From the NCBI GenBank assembly GCA_951406725.2, contig OX597828.1:58590001-58654000 (forward strand): a DNA stretch of 64,000 nucleotides, written 5' to 3'. Positions 25,702-39,049 of the stretch are shown here, piece by piece. Position 1 is the stretch's first letter. Each line of letters opens with the position of its first letter. Source of the stretch: Octopus vulgaris. Its lineage: Eukaryota. The translations under genes were made by a program, and so were the position numbers. The notes beneath the pieces were generated by a model that made no database searches, was not told the DNA's origin, and worked only from the letters and a program-made list of their open reading frames with translations.

Positions 25702-26125
25702 TTTTTTTTTTCATGTGGTGAGATGAGAGATGGTGAGCACCAAGGCGCTATTCTGCCTCCTGTTTCTCTTGAACAGCTTCCTTGAATCTTTCTTGCAGCA
25801 AAGAGAACTCGCTGAGCAGATCGGTGATGGCGTTGGTGAAGGCCTCCTGTGGTGTGTAGTCTGGGGTGGTTTAGATGCGGAGAACGAACTTGTGTTCCAA
25901 CGGGTGGGGGATCTTGTAGCCAGCAAAGAGATTGTGTGGATCTTTCAATAGTTGGGTTGTTATTAAGTTGCCGAGGGTGTGGTCTTCTTTGTTGACTGTG
26001 AAAATAGCAGCATTCGGCACTTTCGTATCTTTCTCAATGATAATTTTCTTTTCTCCATCGTAGAGCAAGAAACTTTCAAAAGTGGAGCATTCATGACGCC
26101 TGATCGTCGTTGTCGTCTCTTGATA
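25702..26125 (-). pseudogene. POLR2J: Processed pseudogene of RNA polymerase II subunit RPB11
   Basis: Intronless [114 protein letters not shown] (26094-25748). Frameshift after MNAP, premature TAA at 25873-25871, short 3' UTR and A-tail at 25711-25702. Confidence 0.93.
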
Positions 26126-28321
26126 TATTGGTGTGTGTGTTTCTTGACCATCACCATCAGTTGACAACAAGTGCCACTGTATTTACATCCCTGTAACTTA
26201 GCAGTTAGGCAACAGAGACTGATAGAATATGTACCAGGATTCAAGAAAAAAAAAAGTACTAGGGTCAGTTCATTCAACTAAAAACTCTTCAAAGTAGTGC
26301 CCCAGCATGATTGCAGTCTGATAACTGAAACATGTTAAAAATACATATATCTTCTATCTATAATAATAAAAGCAAAACTTTGTCCGTCTGAGACCCCTGA
26401 ACCTCACACTACATCTGCTCTACAGACATGTTATGCCTTTTTTGAATCAGGATGATCCCAAGATTGAAAATCTGCCCTTCATCTGGTTCTTGAACATTCA
26501 GCATTGGGATATGATTTAAAAGCATTTGGGTTGCTTTTTTTAGCAGGTAAAGCTTGGCTGATTCATGCCATCTTGGTTGGTGTTTGTCAGATAACATCAG
26601 AGATCAAAGTGGAGATAAAAGACATTTGGTTTGTTAATTTTACATCAAGATAAGAACTTTGGGACAAATTGGCCAACAGTTGGAATTCAACTTGGGACTG
26701 GAACAAATGAATGATTGCATTACAGAATTAATTCTCATCCGCCCCTAACCTTTTATCAAACACCACCAGGGCATATAGTTGTAGAAAGACATGAAGGAAC
26801 TACTTTGTTGCTGTGGCTATACTCAATTGTGCTTTGGCAGATGCCAGCCAGTCAAAGTTGGTAATGTAGTAATACAAGTATCAATTTCCGCCTAACCATA
26901 AAATGCACCTATTTTGAAAGAGGTAAACCAGTTGCAGCAGCCCTGACAGCAATGGAACAATGTTTACCAAAGTGCATCACTGCTTCTATATTCACATCCA
27001 CCTTGGAGTGTTGCTGATTTTATCTCTCTAGAATCAACATCACCCTTATCTACTATGCTTCTTTTACACTGTTCCTCCTCGTTTAACCCCCACGGTTAAA
27101 TACTTGGTAAGTCCTGTAAATTAATCAATATCTCACTACATGTTCCTCATTCTACCAGTGCATTACACCCTTTGCAACATTCTCATTCAAACATACAAAT
27201 TAATGTTTATATGATCTTTTTGCTAAGAACTTAACAGTTCAAAATAAATGACTATTTTTCTTAAACAAAAAACACGCCTTGAGAGAGCTTGCATTTGGCT
27301 GGCATCCGAGCTAGTGGAGCACTAAGAGCACCATCTGAGTGTGATCATTGCCAGAGCAGCTAACGGGCTTCCGTGCTGGTGGCACGTAAAAAGTACCATT
27401 CGAGCGTGATCGTTACCAGCATCGCTTTACTGGCACGTGAAAAAACATTCAAGCGAGGTCAGTGCCAGTGCCACTGAACTGGCTCCAGTTCAGGTGGCAC
27501 ATAAAAAACACCTTTTGAGCGTGCCCGTTTGCCAGTACCACCTAACTGGCGCTTGTGCTGGTGGCATGTAAAATCACCCACTACACTCTTGGAGTGGTTG
27601 GCGTTAGGAAGGGCATCCAGTAGTAGAAACTCTGCCAGATCAGATTGGAGCCTGGTGCAGCCATCTGGTTCATCAGTCCAACCCATGCTAGCATGGAAAG
27701 CAGACGTTAAACGATGATGCCTTCTGATATTTATTCAACATATACACTTTTGAACCCAGTAATATGTCTTCCAATGCTAAATAGTCATTATAGATGTATT
27801 ATAATCATGCTATTTAGCTCTCTTAGTTTTTGGTTGCAGGTCTAATTAGCCCTCCAGAGGAGCTAGGTCAAAAGTCCACACGGAATGTGGCTTTTAAGTT
27901 AGTGTGTATATATATATACACATACCTATATGTATATATATCTGTAACTGATCAAGGGAGGTCATTTTGGTGGTGGAGGAGTGTGACACTAAAGAACAAA
28001 AATGACCATGAAATACCCATATCTGTCACTCTCTTTCAGTTATGGGGTAATTTCGTTTTCACTTAGCCTCAAGGTATTCTGTATTTTTCAACACAATATG
28101 TTTTTGAAGGAGTCTCCCCAGTACAGCAACTTCAGTGTTTAACCACACACAGTGTCATATTGATGAACGGCAACGCGAAACTAAGAGTAACAGGTTCTGT
28201 TGAATTTTCTGCTGCTTTAAATAAAGTATATATATATATATATATATATATATAACCCATGCTAGCATGGAAAACGAACGCTAAACGATGATGATGATGA
28301 TGATGATGATATATATATATA

Positions 28322-28716
28322 CTAGCAGTATCGCCCGGCGTTGCTCGGGTTTGTAAGGGAAATAACTATATAAGCATTTTTAGAGTTATAGCCAAAAAAT
28401 AGCAAAAAAATGCATTAAAAATGGAAAAAAAATTAAGGTAAATTTTTTTTTAAAATCGTTGACACATCGTAGATAATTTTAGAGAGTTACTTCCCTTATA
28501 TAATAGCGAAAAAATGCATTAAAATGGAAAAATATGATGGTAAATTTTTTTAAAATCGTAGACTCATCGTAGACGCGCGCTAATACCCAGAAGGGCTCAA
28601 TATGAATCACGACTATAAGATACCCGGTTTTGTTAAACTGCACCACAAAATGTGGGAGTAGTTAGGAATCTAAATCGTAGGAGACAGACACACAACTTCA
28701 CTTTTATATATAAAGA
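28322..28716 (-). mobile_element. Short non-autonomous Helitron
   Basis: 5' TCTTTATATATAAAAG; 3' CCCGAGCAACGCCGGGCGATACTGCTAG; sits in (TA)n. Confidence 0.85.
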
Positions 28717-28810
28717 TATAAGCCACGTAGTTATATACACATTCTTAAAAGAAAATGTTATTTTGAACACAACATTTATAAAGAATAAAATATTTTTTTG
28801 TTTTTCTTAA

Positions 28811-29460
28811 CCCTTTCGTTACTATATTTCTGACCAAAATACACCCCTTATGTGTTTCAATTAATTTCTAACGTAATCATAAATTTAGTCTGGTTTCATT
28901 AAACAACTATAACTTTTTTATTTATCAATATATTAACATGAATTTTGGAAGATAATTTAATGAAATGTTCTCAACCAATTCTATACTATAATTTTTGTCA
29001 CAAAGTGACTGTAATTGCAGGTAGATACAGGTAAATTCAACAATATATAAAATTATTAAAATTTTGTTCAAACATCGCTATAGAAAATGGGTTATTAGCT
29101 AATATTCAGTTGGGTATACAACAAAATTTTAAGATAAAATTTGTTATTCTGGGTAACTTTCTGATACCCATAATAATATTTATAGCAAAATAGGCCTTAA
29201 TTTCATTTAAGGTTGTGGGAAATAACAAACTATCCTTTCTTTCGCTTTGTTTACGTTTAGCGTAACGGTTCGTTTCCGCTGTAATGATTTCAAATAGGCT
29301 CATTAAAAAGTAAAAAGAAATAGTTTAAGGCTTTACTCTTCTGGGAAGTCTGTGGCTTGGTCCAGTTTCTTCAGAAAAATCACCGAAAGAAACAGTTTTT
29401 AAATTTTCACTCCATTCAGGTGCCAATTCATTTTCTTTATCGCTGTCGAAGCTCTCGGAT
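28811..29460 (-). mobile_element. piggyBac fragment (terminus plus N-terminal transposase piece)
   Basis: TTAA-CCCTTT terminus at 28807-28816. ORF 29106..29303 LFEIITAETNRYA...TTLNEIKAYFAINIIMGIRKLP matches the PGBD/DDE_Tnp_1_7 N-terminal pattern. Confidence 0.75.
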
Positions 29461-30386
29461 TCACTGTTTTCACTTTAATCGTTGCACACTTGCAAAGAGA
29501 CAGGAGGAGATATTAGAGTGATAGCGTGAGTGAAGCAGATCGCTCCCTTTTTGTGTGTGTGTGTGTGTGTGCGTGTGCTATAGCCCACACTAAGAAAAGC
29601 ACTTGACTTAGACACCACAATGTGAGTTTTCTCTAAATTTTGCTTAATTGGGGTTGAAATTTTAAAAACTGGACCTGGCACGACCCAATGCATTCTACTC
29701 TTAAAAATGCTAGGTAAATTGTAATTGAAGAAATCCTATATTGTAGATTTCTATAAGAGACAAAGGGAGGCAGATAAAATCTGCCTTTTATAATAAGAGA
29801 TTAAGGTTTTGGGAAATAACAAACTATCCTTTCTTTCGCTTTGTTTACGTTTAGCGTAACGGTTCGTTTCCGCCGTAATGATTTCAAATAGGCTCATTCG
29901 AAAAAGTAAAAAGAAATAGTTTAAGGCTTTACTCTTCTGGGAAAGTCTGTGGCTTGGTCCAGTTTCTTCAGAAAAATCACCGAAAGAAACAGTTTTTAAT
30001 TTTCACTCCATTCAGGTGCCAATTCATTTTCTTTATCGCTGTCGGAGCTCTCGAATTCACTGTTTTCACTTTAATCGTTGCACACTTGCAAAGAGACAGG
30101 AGGAGATATTAGAGTGATAGCGTGAGTGAAGCAGATCGCTCCCTTTTTGTGTGTGTGTGTGTGCTATAGCCCACACTAAGAAAAGCACTTGACTAACACA
30201 CCACAATGTGAGTTTTCTCTAAATTTTGCTTAATTGAGGTTGAAATTTTAAAAACTGGACCTGGCACGACCCGATGCATTCTACTCTTAAAAATGCTAGG
30301 TAAATTGTAATTGAAGAAATCCTATATTGTAGATTTCTATAAGAGACAAAGGGAGGCAGATAAAATCTACCTTTTATAATAAGAGA
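29207..30386 (-). repeat. Tandem duplication, 2 x ~590 bp (Helitron 5' end plus piggyBac fragment)
   Basis: 29207-29800 and 29801-30386 are near-identical; each carries the Helitron 5' end TCTCTTATTATAAAAGG also found at 56000. Confidence 0.9.
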
Positions 30387-30398
30387 TATATATATACA

Positions 30399-30670
30399 CA
30401 GGGTGGTGCAAAAATATGGACTCATAGGGAAATTTTTAAAATGTATTTATCTTTAACATGATTTTGATCATTTAATTATCATATCTAATTATATTTTTTA
30501 ATTTTCAGATTTGTAGCCATGGCAGAAACGCTAACAATTTCAGAAAGAATAGAATTTGTGTTTCTGTATGCAAAGGATGGTGCCAGCTTAAATCAGTGGT
30601 TTTATGCTAACAGACCAAGATGCTAACATTACAAGTGCTAAAAGGTAACATCACACAAGAAATTGAAATC
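30399..30670 (+). mobile_element. 5' end of a Tc1/mariner-type element
   Basis: CAGGGTGGTGCAAAA terminus following a (TA)n tract, then a start resembling a transposase N-terminus (MAETLTISERIEFVFLY). Confidence 0.45.
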
Positions 30671-31159
30671 ACAAGAGGGAACAGCTATGCTCAGAAATGT
30701 GCAAAGGCAGCCAGTTGGCAGCGAATGGCATGGATTCATTACTATGAAATTTAAAAGTTATTTTACTGCATAATAGGCACAGGTGTGGCTGTGTGGTAAG
30801 AAGCTTTCTTACCAACCACATGGTTCCGAATTCAGTTCCACTGCGTGGCACCTTGGGCAAGTGTCTTCTGCTATAGCCTCAGGCCGACCAAAGCCTTGTC
30901 AGTGGATTTGGTTGACAGAAACTTAAAGAAGCCTGTCGCATATGTGTGTGTGTGTGTGTCCTTATTACCACTTGACAACAGGTGTTGGTGTTTACATCCC
31001 TGTAGCTTACCAGTTCAGCAAAAGAAACCGATAGAATAAGTATCAGGCTTAAAAAATAAGTACTGGAGTCAATTTGTTCAACTGAAACCCTTCAAGGCGG
31101 TGCTCCAGCATGGCTGCAGTCAAATGACTGAAGCAAGTAAAAGAATAAAAGTATAACGG

Positions 31160-32120
31160 AAGTTTAAAACCACCTATCCTTATGGCTCATTCAGTGCATT
31201 TAAAGGAATTTTTTGCTAACTTGGAGATCCTTTTTAATGCAATATAAAACAGTGATCAACAATAGGACCTTAGTGGAGGAATCAAAGTAACCACTATACT
31301 AATGGAAATGCAAGGGGGACCCACCAAGCGAGACACTCATGCAATTCCAGACCAATTTAACAGAAAAAGATTACCAACTAGAACTTCATATATTTTCTGC
31401 AAGAGACAACATTCAATCAGTTCCTTTAGTTGGATCCAAAGAAAAAATTTCTTCCACTTCTTCACATTAAGTCTGGCTTAATATATTTTGTTATGGCAAA
31501 GGTAAAAAATTTTACAATTTTTTTATTTCTCTCAGAGGTATTACCAAAATTAAATATTGCAAAATTTAAAGACAAAGTCTTTACATGACCTCATATCTGA
31601 GAGGCATTAAACGATAAAACTTCTGATGAAACATTGTACCCGAGCTAAAAGCTTGATGTGTCTTCAGAAGAATGTGTGCAAATGTCTTTGGAAATTGTGG
31701 GTCTCGTTTTTGAAATGGAAATGAGAAACTGATTAGGACTCAGAGTTGTCACAAATCTCTTAACCCTTTAGTGTTTAAACCGGCCATATCCAGCCAAAAT
31801 ATTTTACCTATTTTATATTCAAACTAGTCAGATATGGTCATTCATAGCTACCTTATTGTGTCATTTTAAAAATAAACAATCACATCATTGAAATCTTAAA
31901 GCCATGAAATGATGCAAGATTAATTTTATATGTTGTGAATTCATAAGCTTTACATTTGACAGAATAATCTGAATGCTAAAGGGTTAAATTACATTTACAT
32001 TCACACCAAGATTTCATTACTGAAAATCTTGATGCAACAATTGATGAAGACATTGACTTCAGCAGGACTGCTAATCTAAAGAAGCTTGCTATCAAGGATT
32101 CTGGAATGAAACCAGGGTGA
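31160..32120 (+). mobile_element. Chapaev3-like (CMC superfamily) transposase relic, interrupted by a piggyBac-type MITE
   Basis: Degenerate translation AHSVHLKEFFANLEIL...GIKVTTILMEMQGGPTK, PLV..KFLPLLHIKSGL, LPKLNIAKFKDKVF, LHSHQDFITENLDATIDE parallels the remembered family motifs LLPPLHIKLGL / AKIKEGIF / HFLHSHLDFFPENLGAVSDE. The family name is from memory. Confidence 0.65.
31764..31983. mobile_element. piggyBac-type MITE (~220 bp)
   Basis: TTAA|CCCTTTAG...CTAAAGGG|TTAA; related copy at 19275-19490. Confidence 0.8.
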
Positions 32121-32537
32121 CACACTATTGTTGGCTATTACATAAAAAGGACACTAAGTCATATTTATCACATTTTTGACTAAAGATATGAGTACACACA
32201 CACACAAACACACTCCTCGACATCATTATTATTTTAAACATTCACTCAGACGAAATTCACTGAGGCAAATTTTCTACAACTGGATGCCCTTCCTGTTAGC
32301 AACCTTCACATGTACCCAAGTAGGATATTTCTTCATGATTAGCTGTTTTCAGAAAATATTAGAAACAAAAAGATAATCACTTGTATGGTGGTGACACTCA
32401 TTTACAACTATCACCCAATGTCAAAACAAGGAAACACAAAACACACATACACACGTCTTTTATTCAGTTTCAATAACATAAGTATTTTTTAATAATATAT
32501 TATTATTAATATTAGGAAATCAATATCAAACTTTTAT

Positions 32538-32627
32538 ATCTCTGAAGAGCAGAAGCGTTGTCTATAAATGCTTATCAATATAGGATTTCATTATAGGGAC
32601 AACTCTTCTATGAAACGATTGTAAGAT
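32538..32627 (+). ncRNA. Type I hammerhead ribozyme motif (long stem II)
   Basis: ATCT-CTGAAGA-[AGAAG.GTTGTC...GACAAC.CTTCT]-GAAAC-GATT-GTA-AGAT. Confidence 0.6.
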
Positions 32628-34454
32628 GCTTCAAATAATTAATTCAAAACTTTTTAACTCAAATATCCATTATATATTTATAGATATTTACATATATTTT
32701 TACACATACTTATATTTATTTATTTATATATTTTTAATACAACAATTATTTTTCAGGGCATCCAGCTGTAGAAACACTGCCAGATCAGACTGGAGCCTGG
32801 CTTGCCAAACCCCTGTTGAACTGTCCAACCCATGCTAGCATGAAAAACGAACGTTTAAACGATGATGATGATGATGTGTATATCTTGCTGAAGAGTTTTG
32901 ATATTGATTTCCTAATATTAATAATATATTATTAAAAAATATATATGTTCGTCGTTGTCGTTTAACGTCTGCTTTCCATGCTGGCATGGGTTGGACGGTT
33001 TGACTGAGGACTGGCGAGCCAGAAGGCTGCACCAGGCTCCAATCTGATCAGGCAAAATTTCTATAGCTAGATGCTCTTCCTAATGCCAACCACTCTGAGA
33101 GTGTAGTGGATGCTTTTATGTGCCACCGGCACAAGGCCAGTCGGGCGATACTGGCAATGACCACGCTCTAAAGGTGATTTTTATGTGCCACCTGCACGGG
33201 AGCCAGTCTGGCAGCACTGGCAACGACCATGCTCGAATGTTGTTTTTCACATGCCACCAGCACATGTGCCAGTAAGGTGACGCTGGCAACGATCATGCTC
33301 GAATGGTGCTATTTACATGCCACCAGAATGGGAGCCAGTCAGCGGCCCTGGCAATGGTCGCGCTTGGATGGTGCTTTCAACATTCCAGTGACAATCAGGC
33401 GGTACTGTCACGATTTTGATTTATTATGTATTATACATTAAATTACTCTCCAATTAAATCTCTTGTTTTTTCTCTTTAAAACTGACTATTTCATTACATT
33501 TCTAGAGTCAAACAAAAGTATATATTTCAGAAACTAAAATAAAATGAAATATAAATCCTTCTGCAATTTGTAGATGTACAAGGGCTTTTATGAATTCATG
33601 TCACTTTAATTTTTTGAGTTGATTAGAGTTTCATAGGTAAAATCATTTTATATTGGACTCAGTGCTAGCATTCTACAATAACTTTGCTGTTGACAGGACT
33701 CTTGTAAAGTGGAGAATTTGAGCTCAGATCACAGAGAGCTGGAACTTAAAATGCAAAGATCAGCCTAGTCCGTTGCCAGCCTCGCCTGGCCCCCTTGCCG
33801 GTGGCATGTAAAAGCACCATCCGTTCGTGTCCGTTGCCAGCCTCGCCTGGCCCCCGTGCTGGTGGCACGTAAAAGCACCATCCGTTCGTGGCCGTTTGCC
33901 AGCTCCGTCTGGCACCTGTGCGGGTGGCACATAAAAAGCACCCACTACACTCACGGAGTGGTTGGCGTTAGGAAGGGCATCCAGCCGTAGAAACACTGCC
34001 AGATCTGACTGGGCCTGATGAAGCCTTCCGGCTTCACAGACCCCAGTTGAACCGTCCAACCCATGCTAGCATGGAAAGTGGATGCTAAACGATGATGATG
34101 ATGATAATCGCTCGTATTAAATATATAAATACTTTAATAGTATTAATACTTTGATACAATTGAGCACTCAATATAATTTCAGTATATAATATTCTCATTG
34201 AATATATTTAACTAAAGTTTCAATAACATTATATGCAGGCATGGCTGTGTGGTAAGAAACTTACTTCCCAACTACATGGTTCCAGGTACTGTCCCACTGT
34301 ATAGCACCTTGGGCAAGTGTTTTCTTCTATAGCCTCAGGCCAACCAAAGCCTTGTGAGTGGACTTGGAGGACGGAAACTAAAAGAAGCCTGCTGCATATA
34401 TCATTATGTGCTTGTGTCTTTGTGTCTGTGTTTGTCATGACTGAAACAAGTAAA

Positions 34455-36113
34455 AGAATGTTAGAGAAGGTCACAGCCCAATTAATTAGGGGGAGAGTTA
34501 GTCTAGAGGAGATGCAGTTTGGTTTTGTGTCAGGGAGTAGCACCAATAATACTATATTTCTGGTAAGGCAGCTGCAAGAGAAATACATAGCCAAAGATAA
34601 ACCTCTGCACTTGGTTTTTGCTGACTTGGAGAAAGCCTTTGGTAGGGTGCCCTGATCTCTTATTTGGTGGTCAATGTGGAAACTAGGGATAGATGAGTGG
34701 TTGGTGAGAGCAGAAAGATGAGGGTTGGCAATGAGCACAGCAAAAAATTCAAGGTACAGGTAGGGGCTCACCAAGGATCAGTCTTCATCTTCCTTTTGTT
34801 CATCATAGTCCTCCAAATGACAGAGGAATTTAAGACGGGTTGCCCCTGGGAGTTCTTCTATGCTGATGACCTTGTTCTTATAGCTGAATCGCTACCAGAA
34901 CTATAGAAATTTCAAGTATGGAGGCAAAGTCTAGAATCAAAGGGCCGAGTTAACCTAGCAAAAACCAAAGTCTTAGTAAAGAGGAAGGCAGACAAATCAC
35001 AAATCCCTTCAGGTAGATGGCCCTGCTCGATCTATAGAAAAAGCATAAGTAGAAACTCCATAAGATGGTACCCAATGTAAGCTATGGACACACAAGAGGT
35101 GCAGAAACATATCAGAGGAAGGTTAACATGGAAAATAATTTTTGTGTGAGGAAGATGCACAGGTATAATAAACACTGAAAATAGATTCCATCAACTGCCA
35201 GGGGAGTAAGCTAGAGATAGTAGCTAGCTTCCGTTATCAAGGCAACCAAGTTAGTAATGGAGGAGTATGATCTGAGAGTGTAACTGTGAGAATAAGAATA
35301 GACTGGGGCAAAGTTCAGGGAGCTCTGAAGACAACAAAGGGCCTCTCCCTTAGAGTGAAAGGCAGATTGCATGATGCCTGTGTGTGTGAACAGCTGTGCT
35401 ACACAGCAGTGAAACATGAGCTGCGACAGCCGAGGACATGCGCAGGCTTGAAAGAAATGAAGCCAGTATGCTTTGCTGGATGTGCAATGTCAGTGTTCAT
35501 GTCAACAGAGTATAAGCATCTTGAGGGAAAAGTTGGGCATGAGACATCAGATGCGGTGTGCAAGAGGGATGGCTGCATTGGTATGGTCATGTGATGAGTA
35601 TGGATAAGGACAGCTGTGTAAAGAAGTGCTGATCTCTAAGTGTTGAGGGAACTTGTGGTAGAGGTAGACCCAGGAAGACATGGGACGAGGTGGTGAAGTA
35701 TGATCTTTGAACTTTGAGTCTCACCGAGGCAATGACTAGTGACTGAGACCTTTGGTGATATGCTGTGCTTGAGAAGACTCATCAAACCAAGTGAAATCAT
35801 AGTTGTGGCTGATGCTGGCATCATTTAACTTGCACCTGTGCCAGTGGCACATAAAAAGCACTTTTTGGGTGTTGAGCATTACAGAGGAATGACTGAGACC
35901 TTTGGTAAGTAAAATTGTAGTCATGGCAGATACTGGTGTCATGTAAAAGCTCTCGTTACACTCTCAGATTGGCTGGCATTAGGAAGGGCATCCAGCTGTA
36001 GAAACACTGCCAAATCAAACTGGAGTCTGGTGCAGCCTTTCAACTTGCCAGCCCTGGTCAAACTGTTCAATCCATGCCAGCATGGACAACACATGTTAAA
36101 TGATGATGATGAT
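34455..36113 (+). mobile_element. 5'-truncated RTE-clade LINE (RT remnant, 3' UTR and (GAT)n tail)
   Basis: EMQFGFVSGSSTNNTIFLVRQLQEKY...FADLEKAFGRVP, GAHQGS, FFYADDL and GRGRPRKTWDEVV, running without a break into the abundant GGAAGGGCATCCAGCTGTAGAAAC...(GAT)n tail. Confidence 0.9.
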
Positions 36114-38555
36114 ATATATATATATATACATACACACACACGCATACATACATATCACTGTCTTGAACAATAGTTGCACCCAGATTTTTTTCAAGAAAGA
36201 AATCTAGGTGTGAATGTAAGAAATGTAAATTAAACCTTACGTTACTGTATTTATTTTAAGATGCTCTGTGTTTCTTTCAATTATAACAAAGAATTTAGTA
36301 AAATAACTTAGTTATCACTAAGTTAGTGTTAGGAACATAAATTGTGACAAAGGTTTCCAGTGCCGGATTCAACCAGGTTGGTCACTAAAGGGTTATTAAG
36401 AGACTTGTGACAAATCTTTGAAACTCTTATTCAGTTTCTCAACTCCATTTCAAAAAATGAGACCCACCATTTTCAAAGAAGTTTATATATGTGTAGTTGG
36501 CGTTAGGAAGGGCATCCAGCTGTAGAAACTCTGCCAGATCAGATTGGAGCCTGGTGCAGCCATCTGGTTCGCCAGTCCCCAGTCAAACCGTCCAACCCAT
36601 GCCAAAATGGAAAGCAGACGTTAAATGATGATGATGATATGTATGTATCATCATTTTAGGTTTGTCTTCTATGTTAGCGTGGGTTGGGCGGTTTGACAGG
36701 ATCCAACCCAGAGGATTGCAATAAGCCCCAATAACTGTTTAGGTATGATCACTGGAGTTCAATGTGGTTCTCCATTTTGTTGAATCCTGTAAAATCTGTC
36801 CAATCAATGCCAGCATGGAAGAGGAATATCAAAGGATGGCATATATCTTTTTCCTGTTTCAGTCAATGAACTGTGGCCATGCTACAGCACTACCTTGAGT
36901 TTTAGTCGAATAAATCACCCCCAGAAATTTGTATTTTAAGCCTGGAACTTATGCTATCTATACCTATTGCTGAACTGTTAAGTTACATGGGCATAAAGAA
37001 ACCAGTTGTCAAGAGTTGGTTTAGGGGACAAACACACACACACACACAGGTGTGTGTGTTGGAATAGTATATGTTTAAGAACACAAACAAAGGTATAGCT
37101 TGTAAATATTGGAGTGAAAAAGGAAACCTTTTGGATAGAAAATATTGAAATCTTCAAATGTTGCTATCCAAAAGAGATTTTCAACACAGTATTTACACGC
37201 TGTCGTTGATAGCTTTATTTGTGTCCTTCAAGATATATTATTGGAAAACAAAAATCACAATTTCTTCCAAGCTCATAAAATTCTTAAAAAAATCAACAAT
37301 ACATACAATATTAGGGTATATATATGCATGTGTGCTTTTGTGTTACAGGTGGTCCCCTACAACCGCTTGATAACCGGTGTTGGTTTGTTTGCGTCCTTGT
37401 AAGCTAGCGGTTCGGCAGAGGAGACTGATACAATAAGTATCGAATTTAGAAAAGCAAGTACTGGGGGTCGACTTCTTTGACTAAACCCCCTCAAGGCGAT
37501 GCCCCAACATGGCCGCAGTCCAAATAAGTGAAAGAAATAAAAGGTGCGCGTGTGTAGTAAATACGCGCGCTCTTTTATGTCGGCGCACACACGTACCAAG
37601 AAGAAGACGGCCTAATGTCCAATGTGTGTGAGTGCTTTTTTGAGATAAACATTTCCAACTGCAGTAGCGTCAAGTGGATAACATCTCTTCCTGCATAAGT
37701 CTCTCGGCAATCACATATAACAACAAACCGCCCCAACCTCAAAACCCGGCCGTCTGTTCCTAAATACTTAGTGGATAAAACGTGGCCTCTAAAATGTAAT
37801 GCTGTCTGAAAACACCAATGGTTTAGTAGAGGACTGCTCTGAAGGCCAATAAAGTGGGTAACATTATACCCTAACAGTCAATTATGGGCTGTTTTATCGA
37901 CTCTCGTTCCCTTTACAATTATGATGTTATTTCAGATATAGGACGTTACAATCATTTGATAACTAGAAGAGCATATAACATAATAGACAGGAAAATAGCA
38001 ATATCGAAAGAATGCCATAGGGTGTAAGGATTCTTTCAATATATGGATAGGTAGATAGATAGTTATATAGGTAGATAGATATATAGATAGGTAGGTAGAT
38101 AGACAGAAAGATAGATAGGTAGGTAGATATATAAATAGGTAGAGACACACGTGTCACCTGCTAGACTTTGTTTCCTCATACCTTTCAGAAAAATGGACAT
38201 TTATAATGAAATTTTATTAAAATACATTTCAGGTGTTGTAGATTATATTCGTATCGAAATTTGTTGTGAAAATTGTTTTCTGAGAAGGTGAGGAGTTTCG
38301 AATAATTCATACGAAACTCTCAGAAAAATGGGTATTTTTTTCTTTTTTTTTTTTAGTGACATTCTTAACAAATACCTTTCAGAAGGAGATTACAATTCTA
38401 TCGGAATTTATGTTAAGAAAAAAAAAAAAAAAAGAAAAAAATTAGTGGGCGCGTACAGACATACATCACACATAGATACAAGTACCTCACACATATATCT
38501 ACATGAAACTTGAAATTAAAAAAAAAAAATTGTGATGTGTAATTATTAGTATGTA

Positions 38556-38603
<48 letters not shown>

Positions 38604-39049
38604 TTATACATATACACATATGACACAAAAATCAGCTATGGCAGAATAAAATCTAAGTCAGAACATTTATTAGCAAAAAGTGAACATCTACTTCAGCAGG
38701 AAGAGAAAACAGTTATAACATCTCTTATTATAACTGTTGACATCTTGAATATAAGGACAATAGAGATTAAGGGCGATAAAATAGGGGTTTTTGTTTAACG
38801 TTTTCTTTTCTACCAAAGCAAAAAATAATAATAATAACGTAATGGAAAAATAAACCCCGACACAGAAAGAAAATTAGAACGGAGCTAACCCAGTTCTGTC
38901 CCGAAGAGAAGAAGAAAAGTGGAGCGGTTTATTTATTTGTTTTGCTTTGCTTTTTGTAGAAAACGTGCTTTTAAAAAAATGTTTAATTATTTTTAAAAAA
39001 TGTTTAATGATTTTTAAAAAATAAATCCAGAAATGTGAGTTGGTTCAAA

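Noticed and set aside
33765-33945. CRISPR-like repeat/spacer look of GTGGCACGTAAAAGCACC units (also 4455-4645 and 27320-27580)
   Set aside because: The spacers are homologous to each other, the array is part of an RTE 3' UTR, the DNA is eukaryotic and there are no cas genes.
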